Shown piece after piece: positions 1 to 13,205 of a stretch of DNA of 64,000 bases. The translations under genes were made by a program, and so were the position numbers. Numbering within the stretch: the first letter of the stretch is position 1; the number at the start of each line of letters is the position of its first letter. The stretch is from Schmidtea polychroa. Taxonomy: Eukaryota. The DNA lies in contig CM097886.1 in assembly GCA_044892525.1 (NCBI GenBank), positions 123,442,001-123,506,000 of the forward strand, read 5' to 3'. Under the pieces are notes generated by a model. The model was given only the letters and a program-made list of their open reading frames with translations. It was not told where the DNA came from and made no database searches.

Positions 1-248
1 TTCGAATTTTTTCAAACTATAATATATTTATCAAACAAAAGGTAATACAAAGGTAAATATGATGGTCATACCCTCGAAGGTGAATGGTGGGTCCTCGATC
101 TTCAAAGGGTAAAAAACCTACGAATTTTTTCAAACTTTATAATATATATATATATATCATTCGAAAGGTATTTGAGAGGTAAATATGATGGTCAAACCCT
201 CGAAGGTGAATGGTGGGTCCTTGGCCTTCAAAGGGTACAAAAACCTAC
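1..248. repeat. Tandem repeat, two ~120-128 bp units (array probably continues left of the window)
   Basis: Units 1-120 and 121-248 share cgaattttttcaaact...ggtaaatatgatggtca.accctcgaaggtgaatggtgggtcc...cttcaaagggta.aaaaaccta. Confidence 0.85.
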
Positions 249-1848
249 TTCTTTTGCAGCAGAATTAATAGCAGCATTTATTTCATCTGATAAAGATGTA
301 AATGTAATATTCTGATCAGTTGGAGAATTAATTTCACACAGAAATTCTTCACAATTATCGATTTGGTTTGGATACAACCTATTCAATAAACGAGTGCCAA
401 AACTTAAATTTTCTTTTGTGGGTACAACTTGTTGAAGAAGGCATGACAACAAAGAACTCAATTCCCGATTCTGTCTTGAATTTAAGCGTGTTTTTATATT
501 TTCTCGTAATTGGGTTATAATTATGTATGTATCTCCCGCACAATTCGATTCGATACCATCGAGCTTCTTTAACAGAAATATAATTGCACCTTTTGATGTT
601 GTTAGATTAGCATCTTTTCTTCCTAATGCAAGTACAGTTAGTTCTAGTGGCTTCAATATACTACACAACAGCTTAACTACATCAAAGTCTATCAATGAAA
701 TTAAATTTGTGGCATTTAAATCATTTAACACTTCCTTTTTCGATTCGCTAATTTTTAGAAATTTTTCTAGCATGGGATGGATAGAGTTCCATCTGTGTTG
801 AACATCTAATTCTAAATAAAGTTCATGACCTAGCTTATCCATAACGTTTTTTTGCAAAAGATCATTACGGACTGAGGAAAATTTAAAAAAGCGAACGATA
901 GCTCGTACTTTTTTTAGAGTTTCAGCTATTGAAATTCTCTCTCTAACTTCTTCAATGGTATTATCTTCGCTCAAATTAAAATCACAACTATCGCTACTAA
1001 ATTCGTCTTCAGTATTATCATCGTCCTCAGTATAGGATTCTTGATTTTCTTCACTATTTTGATTATCGTCAATTTTGGAATAAAATGTGTCGCACACTGC
1101 AAGGTGAAGACCATGATTCAAGCATAATTGGACTTCTGCTGGACATTCTCTTGCATATTTCACCATGACACTAGCCCCGTCATTGGACGTTGCAACAATG
1201 TCTTGCTCAAACGAAAGATGAAACATTTTTAAATGGTCAGACATATTTGATATAATCTTGGCTGCGTTACAAGATCCAAAAATCCTGACTAATCCAAGAT
1301 TCATTACTTTTCCTTCTTTATTATGGGCATTGATGTTCATATAACGACGCTGTCGTGAGCTAACCCATTCGTCCAAAGTGATACTAAATTTCTCTCCCTT
1401 TTGTTTTTCTTGGTCAAAAAAGTTTATATACATTTTTTTCTTTTTCTCATATTCACAATGAATGAGCGGCGCTTATTAAGCGCCATTGTCCCATTTTCGC
1501 TTTTTGGTAATTGAAACCCCTTATCACTAACAGCCTTTCGAATAAAATTAGAATTTGTTATTCCACGAATAGTAAAACCATCTTTTGTGGCCAACTCCTC
1601 CACAATCTCACCAAGTGTTAGCTTTGGAACATAATTGAAAATTGTTTTTGTATTAACGCACTTGTGCTCGCAACAGCTGTTCTTTTGCAAGAAATTTTGT
1701 GGATATTTCGCATGTGGTTTATCATAGCAGAAGTCGATCCGTTCGAATTAGTTATTTCTACTCCACATTTATTACATTTTGCTTTATTGTCGGATTTGTT
1801 TGATGCTGGTATTTTTATAAAATATTCCCAAACCGTTGATGACATCAT
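228..1848 (-). pseudogene. hAT-superfamily transposase, two frameshifts, C-terminally truncated
   Basis: BED finger (VWEYF..KAKCNKC..GSTSAMINHMRNIH), SITLDEW (catalytic D1), NDGASVM (D2), CLNHGLHL (CxxH). Split over ORFs 1618-1848, 1424-1690 and 228-1433. The hATC domain with the catalytic Glu is absent where the ORF runs into the tandem repeat. Confidence 0.9.
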
Positions 1849-2298
1849 TTGAGGGTTTATTTGGCCACTGAAAGTGTTTCAAAAATTTGTTTAGTAATAC
1901 AAATCTACGTATTATCTTAAAAGAATTATATAAGTACATAATATTATTCAAAATTTTAATTACCTACTCACCTATAGTTTTAAAACAATATATAATACGT
2001 ATAAACAACCTATAATTTACATCAAATCATTCAATAAATTCAACAAGAATCAAAATAATTATACAATTATACAATCCAAGAAAATAAATTAATGAATTAT
2101 AAATTTTAATTTGTAATCAATTTTAAAGTTTTTACAAATTTATTTGACAGCTATAATTTTATAGTGGGCATGGATTCTGACTGGTGGGCATGGATTCCGA
2201 CTTACTATAAAGTATGAAAAATTGCATACAATCAGGCAAAATTAATATTTTGAGAGAATTTTTTTATTTTATGTAGCTTTAAATGAAATATTTTTTGA

Positions 2299-2398
2299 AA
2301 ACCGAAAACCGCGGTTTCTGCAGACGGTTTCCGGTTACGGTTTTTTGAGACGAAAACCGCGGTTTCGGTTTCCGGTTAACCGAACCGTGCAAACTCTA
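2299..2398 (-). mobile_element. 5' terminus and subterminal repeats of the hAT element
   Basis: Minus strand begins TAGAGTTTGCACGGTTCGGTTAACCG, followed by many AACCG/CGGTT repeats typical of hAT transposase-binding subtermini. Confidence 0.75.
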
Positions 2399-3335
2399 CG
2401 TTAGCTCTGTTTGGAATATTTTTAAAAAATTCAATCTGCCAATAGAAATATTGCAAAGGCTCAATGTTTAAAGTGTCTGATTTTTTATTTCAAATAGTGA
2501 TGGAAGCACGGGTGAAATGTTAAACCATCTGAAACTGGTACACAAAATCAATTGTAAATTGGATAATGATAAATCTATTTTTGGGGAACAAAGCTCCAAA
2601 AAAAATCAAAGAAAAAACTATGATGAATTTCGTTTAACGGCAAAGTTTAAGTTAAATTGTTTCAAAATTAGCTGCTGAAAACGGAATAAAAATTCGTACA
2701 ATTACACACTCTAAGTTTATAAGGCAATCTATTTCACACAGAGAGGTATAACCTACCAAAAAGTGAAAATAGTGTTATGAGACTTATTCATACTGAGTTT
2801 GAAAATAGGAGACAAGAGGTAATAGAAAAATTAACAGGAATTAAGAATGATAATGGTAAGTTTAGTATAACCCTTGATGAGTAAGTAAGTGGGTGAAATT
2901 GGCGATTCATTAATAATAATGTACATGGAAAGAATGCAAATTGCAACAATATATGCTTGATAAGAGCTATTGGTTCATATACTTTAGCTGTTGTCTTAGA
3001 AATTGTGACCAAATATTTAGAATTTTTTAATTTGTCATTCCAAACCGGCATAATGATGATCCATTTTCTTTTTTGTGAAGATGCTGAAAGAATTACGTAG
3101 AATTATAAAAAATTACAAAAATACAAAAAGAACCGAAGGAAGATATTTTTTAAAGCTTAATATACTTTAAATGGCCATAAAAATCATTTAATTTCAAATT
3201 ATAAATCTTAAGCAGACAAAAATCTTAACTTCATTCAAATATTTCATAATAAAAATCCTAAAATTTATATTGGATTATATTTAATTATTATATTTAATTG
3301 CAAATTATTTATTTACATTACAACGTTAAATTATC

Positions 3336-3462
3336 TTGAAAAAGGCAGTGCCGAAAATTCGTGAATATCGAAAACATCGATATATTTACTGATTCACAGT
3401 CAAGCTTTCTTAATAAATACAATGGAAAAAAATCGGTGGTGAAATTTGAAAAAATTTTCTTA
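3336..3462. repeat. Dispersed repeat/MITE-like fragment (other copies at ~10174-10372 and ~17263-17320)
   Basis: gccgaaaattcgtgaatatc.aaaa.atcgatatatttactgat recurs at ~10298. tggtgaaatttgaaaaaa recurs reverse-complemented at ~10180-10205 and ~17265-17295. Confidence 0.7.
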
Positions 3463-3575
3463 TAAAACTTTAAAGCAGTGGGGTAATTTCGAAATTAATG
3501 GATTTTAAAATTTGATAAATCATAATTTTTCTCAAGTATATACGTCGTATTTTATGTATATTATGATAGAAACTA

Positions 3576-3789
3576 CTGTATTAGCCCGAATATAACGCGA
3601 CCCCGAATTTAGAAAAAAAATACTCATAAAATATTAAAATTAAAGGAAATTCAATCAGATAAGCGTTTGGTTAGGTAATTAACAGTAATACATAGGTTAT
3701 ATTCATGACAATAAATTTAATTAATTTAAACCAAAATTTAATAAAAATAAAATGTTAAAAATTGTCGCGTTATATTCGGGCTAATACAA
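3576..3789. mobile_element. Tc1/mariner(pogo)-type MITE
   Basis: TIR ctgtattagcccgaatataacgcgac / gtcgcgttatattcgggctaatacaa, flanked by TA on both sides. Confidence 0.85.
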
Positions 3790-4891
3790 TACTATAATAC
3801 AAAATTGAAGTTTTTAAGTAAGGGCTTTTAAAATAATTTGTTAATTTGCAAATTGACTTTTAAAGTCTATTGTTTGGGACATAGAGCATAACATGATGAG
3901 AAGCACTGCTTTATAGCATTCAAATTTGAAATATTAAATGAAAATTTTGTATGAAAAAGTTAAAATATCTACTAGTAGACTTTATCTTCGTAACTTTAAA
4001 ACTCGTAATATGTTTGTTTGCTTGCACCTTTTCCTCTTATACAAAGTAGATTAGATGGCAGTATATGTTTTTATTATTAAATTATTAAAAAGCCACGTTT
4101 GCAGAACAGGTTAGTGAGTTCTATATTTAGTATCGGTATATAGTGTAGCTATAAGTGATGGCTAAATTGCAGGACCTATTGTTTAAGCAACGAACCACTT
4201 GACAGATTCATATAAATATCTCGAATATATAATATATTTTTTGGTTAGTTATTTTTTTACTAGAAAACATTTGAGAACTTTCAATAATTTTTAATTTTGA
4301 TTTATATTTTATTTAATCAATTTTAAACCAATGAAAAGACAGAATGAATTATCATTTTTAATGATAATAATAATAATAATCAACAATAATAATTATAATT
4401 AATAATCAATAATAAATATAATAATAATCGATAATAATATTAATTTATTTATTAACAAATTTTTCTAGAATCTTAGTCTTAGAAAACGGTGAGATAATCG
4501 AGATGGATACGCCGAATAATCTCCTGAAAAATCCCGAGTCTCAATTCTATTCCATGGCGAAAAGCTCGAATCTCATCTAGATATTGTGTGATTGATTGAT
4601 TATTATCTGTGCATTTGACACCTCTAGGAAATGTTCCAATGGTGAATGTCTGACTGTTGATAGATATTGATAAATATTGTCCCCCAGTTTGATTGGACAA
4701 TTATTCTATCTGGTGCGATATTGTTGTTCAATTTTGATTGGATGTTTTTACATTTGTAATGCGCATTTGATGAAATTTCTCTGACACAATCAGCAATATT
4801 TTTCAATAAACATTCAATTTCTTTTTGATTTTTGCAATTTATTTATATTTTGTTAACTATTCAATAATTTCGGGATTTTTACAAGGAAATT

Positions 4892-4926
4892 GTTTCCATT
4901 GTTACCATACGCGGTTCCTAGGCAAC
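4892..4926. promoter_or_regulatory. Cluster of RFX X-box-like sites
   Basis: GTTTCCAT (4892-4899), GTTACCAT (4901-4908) and GTTCCTAGGCAAC (4914-4926) within 35 bp. The RFX consensus is roughly GTTNCCATGGNAAC. Confidence 0.4.
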
Positions 4927-6812
4927 GCATCTTGTTTACATTATGGGTCGGCACATTAAAACAAAGAAATTATAGAATATCATCAAAACAATCTAAAGAA
5001 TCCTCTCATTGGTGCGCTTTAAAATTAAATATAAAATCAATATAATTTTTGTATTATTTAAAATTTAAATATATTTTATTGATTTATTTATAACGGTGAC
5101 CATATTTTTTGGGGGAAATAAAGGACATCGAAGAAAATAAAAAAGTACCTTATAAAATTCATAAGTTTATAACACTACGAAAATAATAGCATACAATAAT
5201 GCATACATTAAAATTTTAAACAATATAAATTATTACACACATACACACACTGTAAATATTTATATAACATTAATTTTCAGTAGAATTAGTTTTTTTTAAT
5301 ATCACCGGGTCACGCTTTAAAAAAATCATGAAATTCCATACAGTTCATTTGAAAGTTGTATTTGAAATATATGCTTCTAACATGCTTACTTTTAACTGGG
5401 ATTTATATAACATTCACCCATATTTTATTCACCCATGAAAATATTCGTTCGACGGGCCATTAGATCCAGGCATTCGAAGTATCTGTTGGATATTATTTTA
5501 TCCTAAGACCATTCATTGTAGGGAAAATTCAAGTTTATATAGAGAGTTAACATCAAAAAGTGGTTTCTTGTTTCAGGTAGAGAAGAAGAAACTTGAAAGT
5601 ATGATAGGGAAAGGAACTCTAAATAGGAAATTAATAAAAAGAAGATTAAAGACATTTTGCAGATCTTTGTAAAAAGGAGATTATTATTTTAAACTGTGTA
5701 TTTTTTATATCTGGCAGTAAAGCAAATTAATCATTTAAGACTTTAAATTGGTGAGGTGTACATTTTGTCTATAGTTTGTAATATACTTTAAGGGTGTGCT
5801 CTCTCTTGTCATCAACGAGTCTATTTTTCAGTATTTCCTAAAATAATAATTTGACGCTAAAATGATGCTTGATTTAAGAGCTATGAAATTTTAAAAATTG
5901 CATTGAATGAAAAATGACTGTATGGCAGTTCTAATGTTTCATTTTAGAAGTTCCTCGTCCAGTATTAATAAAAGATTTTTTTTAAAAATTAATTCTGTTT
6001 TGAAAAATGAACATAAAGGGGTCTCTAGAGAGATTTAAATATTAATTTTTGACTAGTTTTTTAGAGTTTAAAGCAGTGATTAATATATTATGTAATTTGT
6101 TTAATTTAAATTTAATTTTCAGAAAAGGTTTGGACTCCTAAAATCGGCCTTTCATTTTTTACACTTCATAATTTGTTTTATATAATGATTCAAAATACAA
6201 TTAAACTTTCTCAACTCTTAAAATGTGGCTCAGTCGAATTTGGTCCTTTACTAAAAAAGGTTACTCATGAATGTGTCAATTTAGTAGGGTCAATGGTGAA
6301 AATGTTTGACCCTACTAAATGTTCTTCTGGTTCTTTTAGTAAAATAGATTTCTTTGTTAAATATTCAGCCGTTTCGTTTTCAATCAAAGAAATAAGCTTA
6401 ATTAAAATATTAAATACCATTTGGCACCAGCATTTTTTAGTTCTTTAGATATCAACTTGATAAAAATTTTATAAACAAAGTATTAAACCTACAAGAGAAA
6501 CTATGACATCTATGAAATTCATATTAAAATAAAAATCATTTATTATTTGTGAACATTTTTGGTACCAATTTGAAAATATTCTGTAAGATATACAATTATT
6601 TCTATTTGTTTCCATTCGGAAACGTTGGTTATAAATGGGTCAATTAGCTAGGCTCAACTAATGCTAAAACAAGAATTGCAATATTTTTTTATTTTAATAT
6701 TAAAAAAATCATTTTTAGTAACTAAATAAGAGCAACAATATATAAAGTTTTATTGATATGATAATGATAATAAAAAATCAACAAAATAATTAATTCAAAG
6801 ATGCCACTAGAT

Positions 6813-7061
6813 CAGCCATGGCCAACCGGTGGCCCATGAAGCGTTTTGATGTGGCCCGGACACAATTTTAAACATAAAATCAATAATTGTCTTTTTTAGA
6901 ATTCATATTCGAATTAAGCATGTTTTTAATTTAAAAAATTGATTCTAAGTTTACTTGAATCGTAAAAACGAGTTATATTTATTTAAATGAATTTATTGTG
7001 GCCCGTGATAGTATTTTTCCGAAAATTTGGCTCTTCGATTGATTTGGGTTGGTCACCACTG
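6813..7061. mobile_element. hAT-type MITE
   Basis: Ends cagccatggccaacc / ggttggtcaccactg with a perfect 8-bp TSD cactagat (6805-6812, 7062-7069). Confidence 0.9.
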
Positions 7062-8074
7062 CACTAGATATTACTGATCAAATTCGTGTTTTCCAGATGG
7101 ATTCATATGTAGAATAAATGTACTCTTATTTAAACATTTAAATATTTTAACACTTTATATCACAATTATTCGTATAATTTCGAATTACTTTCCCAAAAAA
7201 ACGTCCCAACTACTAAAGTCGGTTAAAGCTCTGAATTTTGTAGTAACACTACCTAAAGTTCTGGTAGTCAATTTGTTGATTCTCATTTAGATATTTTTAA
7301 AAATTTTTATCGACAATCTATTTCCGTTAAATTTCAAAAAACGTTGAATCTGTTGTCGAAATCAAACTTGGACTTTTGTAGAAAAATTAGTTTTCAATTT
7401 TGAGCTTGATCAATAATATAATGAAAACAATTCCTACACCAGTAGGTTTATATATAACATTATATACAACATTAATAATGAATTAACAAAATATACTGAA
7501 TTGAATTAAAACTTTGAAAAACATATTTGTATAAACAATATTTTAAAAACATTTAAATTGGTATTTATTGCATATCACTCGAAAATTCTTTAGTTTTCTT
7601 TTCTCTCTAATCTAATCCACAATCGAAATCTCTGAAATATACCGGCTTTTTGTTTCTGTCTTGTTTTATTGGTTATCTTGTCCATTCTGCTCTCCACTCA
7701 TTGTCTCGATATTTCTTTTATTGTATTTGTTTCTTTAGGTTTTTATTTCATTTATTCAAAAATATTAAGTTTATTTAAGAATATTTAAACAATCATTAAA
7801 CTGTTGTTTATCTTCCACTTTATTACCAAATGTCAATTTAAGGAACATTAATAACAAAATTTACAATGGACAAAAACAATATTCTTTTTTTAACACGATG
7901 ACATTTTACGTTTTAAATTTAAAATAATAAATTAGCAAATGAAAAATATTAAATGCCTGCAAATGTGGATATACATAATATATAATGTGTATATGAGAAC
8001 TAAATATATTTCCGGTTCAACCGAACTCTGTTAGATGTTTATCAGTAACTCGAATATATCCCAGTTATGCGTAC

Positions 8075-9409
8075 CTAAATTGATTGCAAAATCGACTGTA
8101 AACTTACAATTAGATTCTCAATTTTCAAAACTCGATCACATCTTCCTATTCTTTTACAAGCATTCCATATGTATATAAATTCTTCGCTACAATTCTCTTT
8201 CATCCTTATGGTCTCCGCAGACAAATAAGTACCGTCGGAAAGGTATATATATGCAATATAGCATTTAAAATCCGTAATAATTTCTCCTATACTTGCTATA
8301 ATCTTTGAAGCGACCCTATTCCATGATATGAGGATAGGCTGTTCATATTTTATCAAGTAAATCGTAAATGTTTCCGTTAAATGACGCGAATTGATATGTA
8401 ATAGTATTAAATCCAAAAATGACATAAGTTTTGTTTTGTCTGCTGTAAATCTTGTCGATAAATGCTTTACACACTCAATAAACCTTTCTAGCAAACCAAT
8501 AATTTCTTCTAATGTTTCATAAAAAATGTACAGGCCGATTTTTTCATCTGTACTTTCCAATAAGTGTGCTTCAATGGCCTCTATAGAGGCTCTTATTTCT
8601 TTATTTGTATAGAAAGAGCTGGAAAAGGAGAGATCCATTTCCTCATGATCAATTGGCGAGTTCGAGAAAAAACCTCTATGTCTATTTATGAAGAAATTGT
8701 TGAAGTAAGTGAAAAGATTTTTCAATAGCCATATGAATAAATTAGTATAACAATCGCATTTTTTATTCAATTTATTTAGAATATCGGATATATTTTTGAA
8801 ATAATCTATAAGTTGTGCTAGATCTATCACTTTCTTTTGATACTGTCTAAAACATTCTCTTGCAAATTCCAAGATCTCATCATTATTTATGTATATGTAA
8901 TATATTTTATTATAATATTTTCTATATTCATAGACTAACAGTCGATGAGTACTCATATCAGGGAGGTCGTAACTACTAAGCACATTCGATAGTCTTTGAA
9001 TATGTTCAACCAACTCCTCTGCAGATTCGAGAAAAACTAAAGGATTTTTGTAACTTTCTTCTATCAGTGCGATGAATTCCGATTCTGACGTTTCTATATT
9101 GATGGAATGGAAATCCGGGAAAGAAATATTATGTTGGAAGTTTTTGGGAAGTTCATGGAGATTTGAATTAATCAGTTGTAGAATCTTCGAAAAACTAATG
9201 AAACTGTCAGTCAACATGGTATCATCACTAGTTCCGTTAGTGACTTTCAGCATTGTAATCGGTATTCTATCAATTGGGCAAGTTTGGTTAGTATTCAGTA
9301 ATTCACTCACACAATTCTTACAAAACGTATGGTTGCAACTTTCAAACATCATAACCATATCGTTACCCGTTTGTGAATAGCATATCAAACATTCGTAATT
9401 GATTTCCAT
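8075..9409 (-). CDS. Intronless RING-HC (C3HC3D-type) putative E3 ubiquitin ligase, 444 aa, with a long helical C-terminal region
   Basis: N-terminal CLIC-x14-CNHTFCKNC-x10-CPID. ATG start and an uninterrupted 1335-bp ORF. Confidence 0.8.
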   Translation of the reverse strand: MEINYECLICYSQTGNDMVMMFESCNHTFCKNCVSELLNTNQTCPIDRIPITMLKVTNGTSDDTMLTDSFISFSKILQLINSNLHELPKNFQHNISFPDFHSINIETSESEFIALIEESYKNPLVFLESAEELVEHIQRLSNVLSSYDLPDMSTHRLLVYEYRKYYNKIYYIYINNDEILEFARECFRQYQKKVIDLAQLIDYFKNISDILNKLNKKCDCYTNLFIWLLKNLFTYFNNFFINRHRGFFSNSPIDHEEMDLSFSSSFYTNKEIRASIEAIEAHLLESTDEKIGLYIFYETLEEIIGLLERFIECVKHLSTRFTADKTKLMSFLDLILLHINSRHLTETFTIYLIKYEQPILISWNRVASKIIASIGEIITDFKCYIAYIYLSDGTYLSAETIRMKENCSEEFIYIWNACKRIGRCDRVLKIENLIVSLQSILQSI

Positions 9410-11408
9410 TTAAATATTTTATTTTAGTTTAAATGTATTAATATCAATTTAGTAATATCCAGTTATTAAAAATATTTAATCCTCACATCTATTGGTTAAA
9501 AATATTTAAAAATATTTTTGCAAGGTATTTTATAATTTAAATTTTTTATAATTTTTGAAAAAATCATTTTCAACAAAATCCAATATTAATTTTATTTATA
9601 AAATTTTAAATGAATTTTACAACGTAAAATACACTATTTCTAAATTTTGTCTAACCTAAAAGTTGTATGTCACATGTACCTAGTATTTTTCGTAGTTGAA
9701 TAGAAAATACACTAAAATGCAATTATCTCAAAATTGTATGCTCATTTGTTATTTGGATGTATTTCGCATTCGTCTCGTGGTTTTGACTGCATGCTGCCAA
9801 TAAGTGCATGCATTGATTAGCGTAAACATTTTCCTCCTTACAGTTGAATGAATTTGGAAATGAAGTATTAATGGATTAATTAACAATTTATTCGTATAAT
9901 TGGTAGTAACACTTAATTACAACTATGCCAAGAATTTTCAGTTATTCAATTTAATTTTTAAATATAAATGCAATTTTTACCATGAGTACTAATAACTTAC
10001 ATTATTTCAAGTGAATTTATAGAAATATTTATTATTATCGCATTAAGATAAATTTTATTTTATTCATTTCAATAAATATTTTAAAAAAATCTCAAAAAAA
10101 TGTAAAATTTTATTAATATAATTTAATAAAAAAACTTTTACGGTCAATTTTATAAAATGTATTAAATTTATTATAAGAACTTTTTTTTCAAATTTCACCA
10201 CTGATTTCTTTTCCATTGACATTGTATTTATTAAAAAGCTTGAATAATATTTCTATATTTCAGTAAATATTTCGATCAAATTTACTTGAAAAAGACTGCC
10301 GAAAATTCGTGAATATCAAAAAAATCGATATATTTACTGATCCATAGTCAAACTTTTTAATAAATACAGTGTATTAAATTTCTTTCTAACATTGTTAAAT
10401 TTAAAATATAATAGAATAAAAAATAGTAGAATCTCATTTATAAAAAAAATTTAATATTTTCAAAATAAAAAAATTGTGTGAAAATGTAATTTCTGTTGTA
10501 ATTAATTATATTTTAATAATATTTTTTTAATTTGATTAATAGTCGTTTTAAAAATTAATGAAATGTTAAAAAAATTATATTTTATTACACATCTTTTATT
10601 GTTGAGTTTATCAAATTTATTTAAGAAATTGAAAAAGCGTTTTAACCTTTTCATGCATGAATTATTATTCAAGGAGAAAAACATCATTTTTATGCTACAG
10701 GATTTCAATTGTCAAAACAGCAATAAAAGTAGAAGAGTTGTCTAAATACACAAAAACTAGATCGCTACCACAAAATAAAAGATGTGGTAGGAAATAAATA
10801 CCTAAAGAGAAATGAAGACAAAATTATTGAACATGTAGATGGGAGCAAAATATTAATCGAAATGTAAGGTAATGTAAAGGTAAAATAATAAGGTAAAATA
10901 AAGGTAAAATGTAATGTAAGGTAAAATAAATTCAAACAAATATAAAATCTAAAAATATTTTAAAATGTCTGTTACATTACTACTTGAAAACCTTTAGCAT
11001 TTTACTTAAAAATATTGCCAGAAGACGATATAAAGTTTGACACAGCCTAATCTATCTTAGTGATTGAATGCCGGTATATAAAAGCAGTGAACCATGACAT
11101 GAGATGGGCAAGTCGCAAAATACAACGGCTGAAACTGATATTGAACTGCACTTATACCATCACTGACTCGATTCGCTACTACCATAGCGTGTGGTCTACC
11201 CACCAATTCTTCATTATAGAATGTTTATTCAATTTTATAATTTTTTAGTATTATATTTACTTGCTCTACCATTTTGATTTTTATTAAATAATCATTTGGA
11301 ATTTATAACAATCTCTTCAGATTTTTACATTAACATATACATACGCATATTCAAATGTTGTGTAAATTGGAAAGATACATACTATTATGTGCAGAATATT
11401 TGTATTAA

Positions 11409-11712
11409 CCCTTTTAGTGCGACGGGCTCAAAATTTTTTATTCCCCCAAAGGTGCGATTTTGCCATAAAAATGAAGTTTTCCTAAATTGATTTTCAACAC
11501 TCCACCTTACTGCAGATCGAGAATCGAAACGATTATATGAAGAGTATTGAAGACGTATAATTAAAAATATGGCTATTTTGACAACTATTACAAGCTGTAG
11601 AATATATTGGTGCAAACTAGAAGTTTTTGGCATTTAGTGGACTAGAGTCGAATTTCGCTTTCAAGACCAAAATAAAGTTGTGTGACTGTAGTCGCACGGC
11701 GCCCTCAAAGGG
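11409..11712. mobile_element. piggyBac-type MITE
   Basis: TTAA-CCCTTT...AAAGGG-TTAA termini with subterminal gtgcgac/gtcgcac. Confidence 0.8.
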
Positions 11713-13136
11713 TTAAATACGAAAACAGTGATCTATAGTCAAAATGAAGATACATAAAATTTTGAAAGAAAAAAACAATAAATGATTTTTCTGACAATCA
11801 AAAAATTAATTTTAGTACTTCACAATAACTAATTTATAACTAATAATAGTTTACCCCGGTACGTAACTTTAGGGTAAGCAAGTTTCTACAAGTTTTTGTC
11901 ATGCGTACAATATTTTATTCTTACCCTTTGCACTCGAAATTTTTTTCGGTTATGGCATACAGAAACCTGGACTTTTTTTGCTGTGTAATGTATGATGCAA
12001 CTAATATCAATTTGGAAATCACATATTTTGATCATGTTGCGCAATATATTGCTAACGTGTCTGAGAGGCGCACTTGGAGTTTAATTAAATTTGCGAAAAA
12101 TGTTTTCTTCAATTTTCAGCATTTCGGGGTTAGTATTGCGGTAACGTTATACGGTGCAAATTCTTCTCTTTTCTCTTGACGGCAAGCTAATTTTTTAAAG
12201 TCCTAGCTTTTAACTTGTGATATAAAGACAATTTGACTGTTTCCGTTGACCAAATGTTGTTTTCATATTTTGGTGGTTATTGCTAGCATTTAAATTAATT
12301 TGACATCTTATTACGGTTCTTTTATATTCACTCTTGCTTTTGATACTACACTTTTTCTCTAATTAAATAGGAATAGTTATTTAACTAAAACTTGATTATT
12401 ATATAAATTTATTATCACTAATAATACGGAGTGGTGAAACCCGCGTTTTCACTTTGTGTAGATACAAAAGGTAAACCAAGTAAGACTTATTACAAGTGTC
12501 TGCTTCAATCAGTCTTCTATAGGGAACACATTCATTGTTATTTACACAAAAGAAGGAAAATAAAACTTGTTTTTGTGCTTTTTAAAACACAAAAGAAATT
12601 TTACCAAACCCTCACCTCTTACTAGGCCTTCTATCAATTAAAAGGCAGCTATAATCGAAATTTCGACAACTAAAATCAAACCACAAATTTATTAGTTTGT
12701 TGGGAAATAAATATTCGTTTTTATCCATGTTCCCAGAAAGAATAAGAAATCCAGATTGCATTTAAATCCGTTTAATTGACGTAGATGAGTTGCCGATGAA
12801 AGTTTTTCACGCGAAAAGTATGACGTAATTATTGCTTGAAATCAATGAAGCGGAAACGAACCCCGCAAATCAACCATGACAAATTGGAATGACATCAGTG
12901 GACAAATCCGTATACTTGCTTGTTGTGTGTCATTTATCTATAAGATTATTTGTTGAACCCCAGAAATCTTTACGGAGTCATTATATATAAACTTAATATA
13001 TTAACAATAATAACTCTTTATATAAAATTGTAATTTTTAAATGAAAAAAATCACCTAGTCTTCAATTTTAGTTATTATGCCTATATCCCTTCGGGTATAA
13101 TGCCAATAACCATTCGGACGACGTCGCGTATATTCA

Positions 13137-13205
13137 GTGATGATAGATGAGTCCTAAATTTCACTGATATGTGGTATTTGGTACCAAAGTGTTTAGAAGG
13201 ACTGA
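13137..13205 (+). ncRNA. Candidate box C/D snoRNA
   Basis: GTGATGA (box C, 13137-13143), CTGA (D', 13164-13167) and CTGA (D, 13202-13205) at snoRNA-like spacing. No clear terminal stem, and C' is degenerate. Confidence 0.22.
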
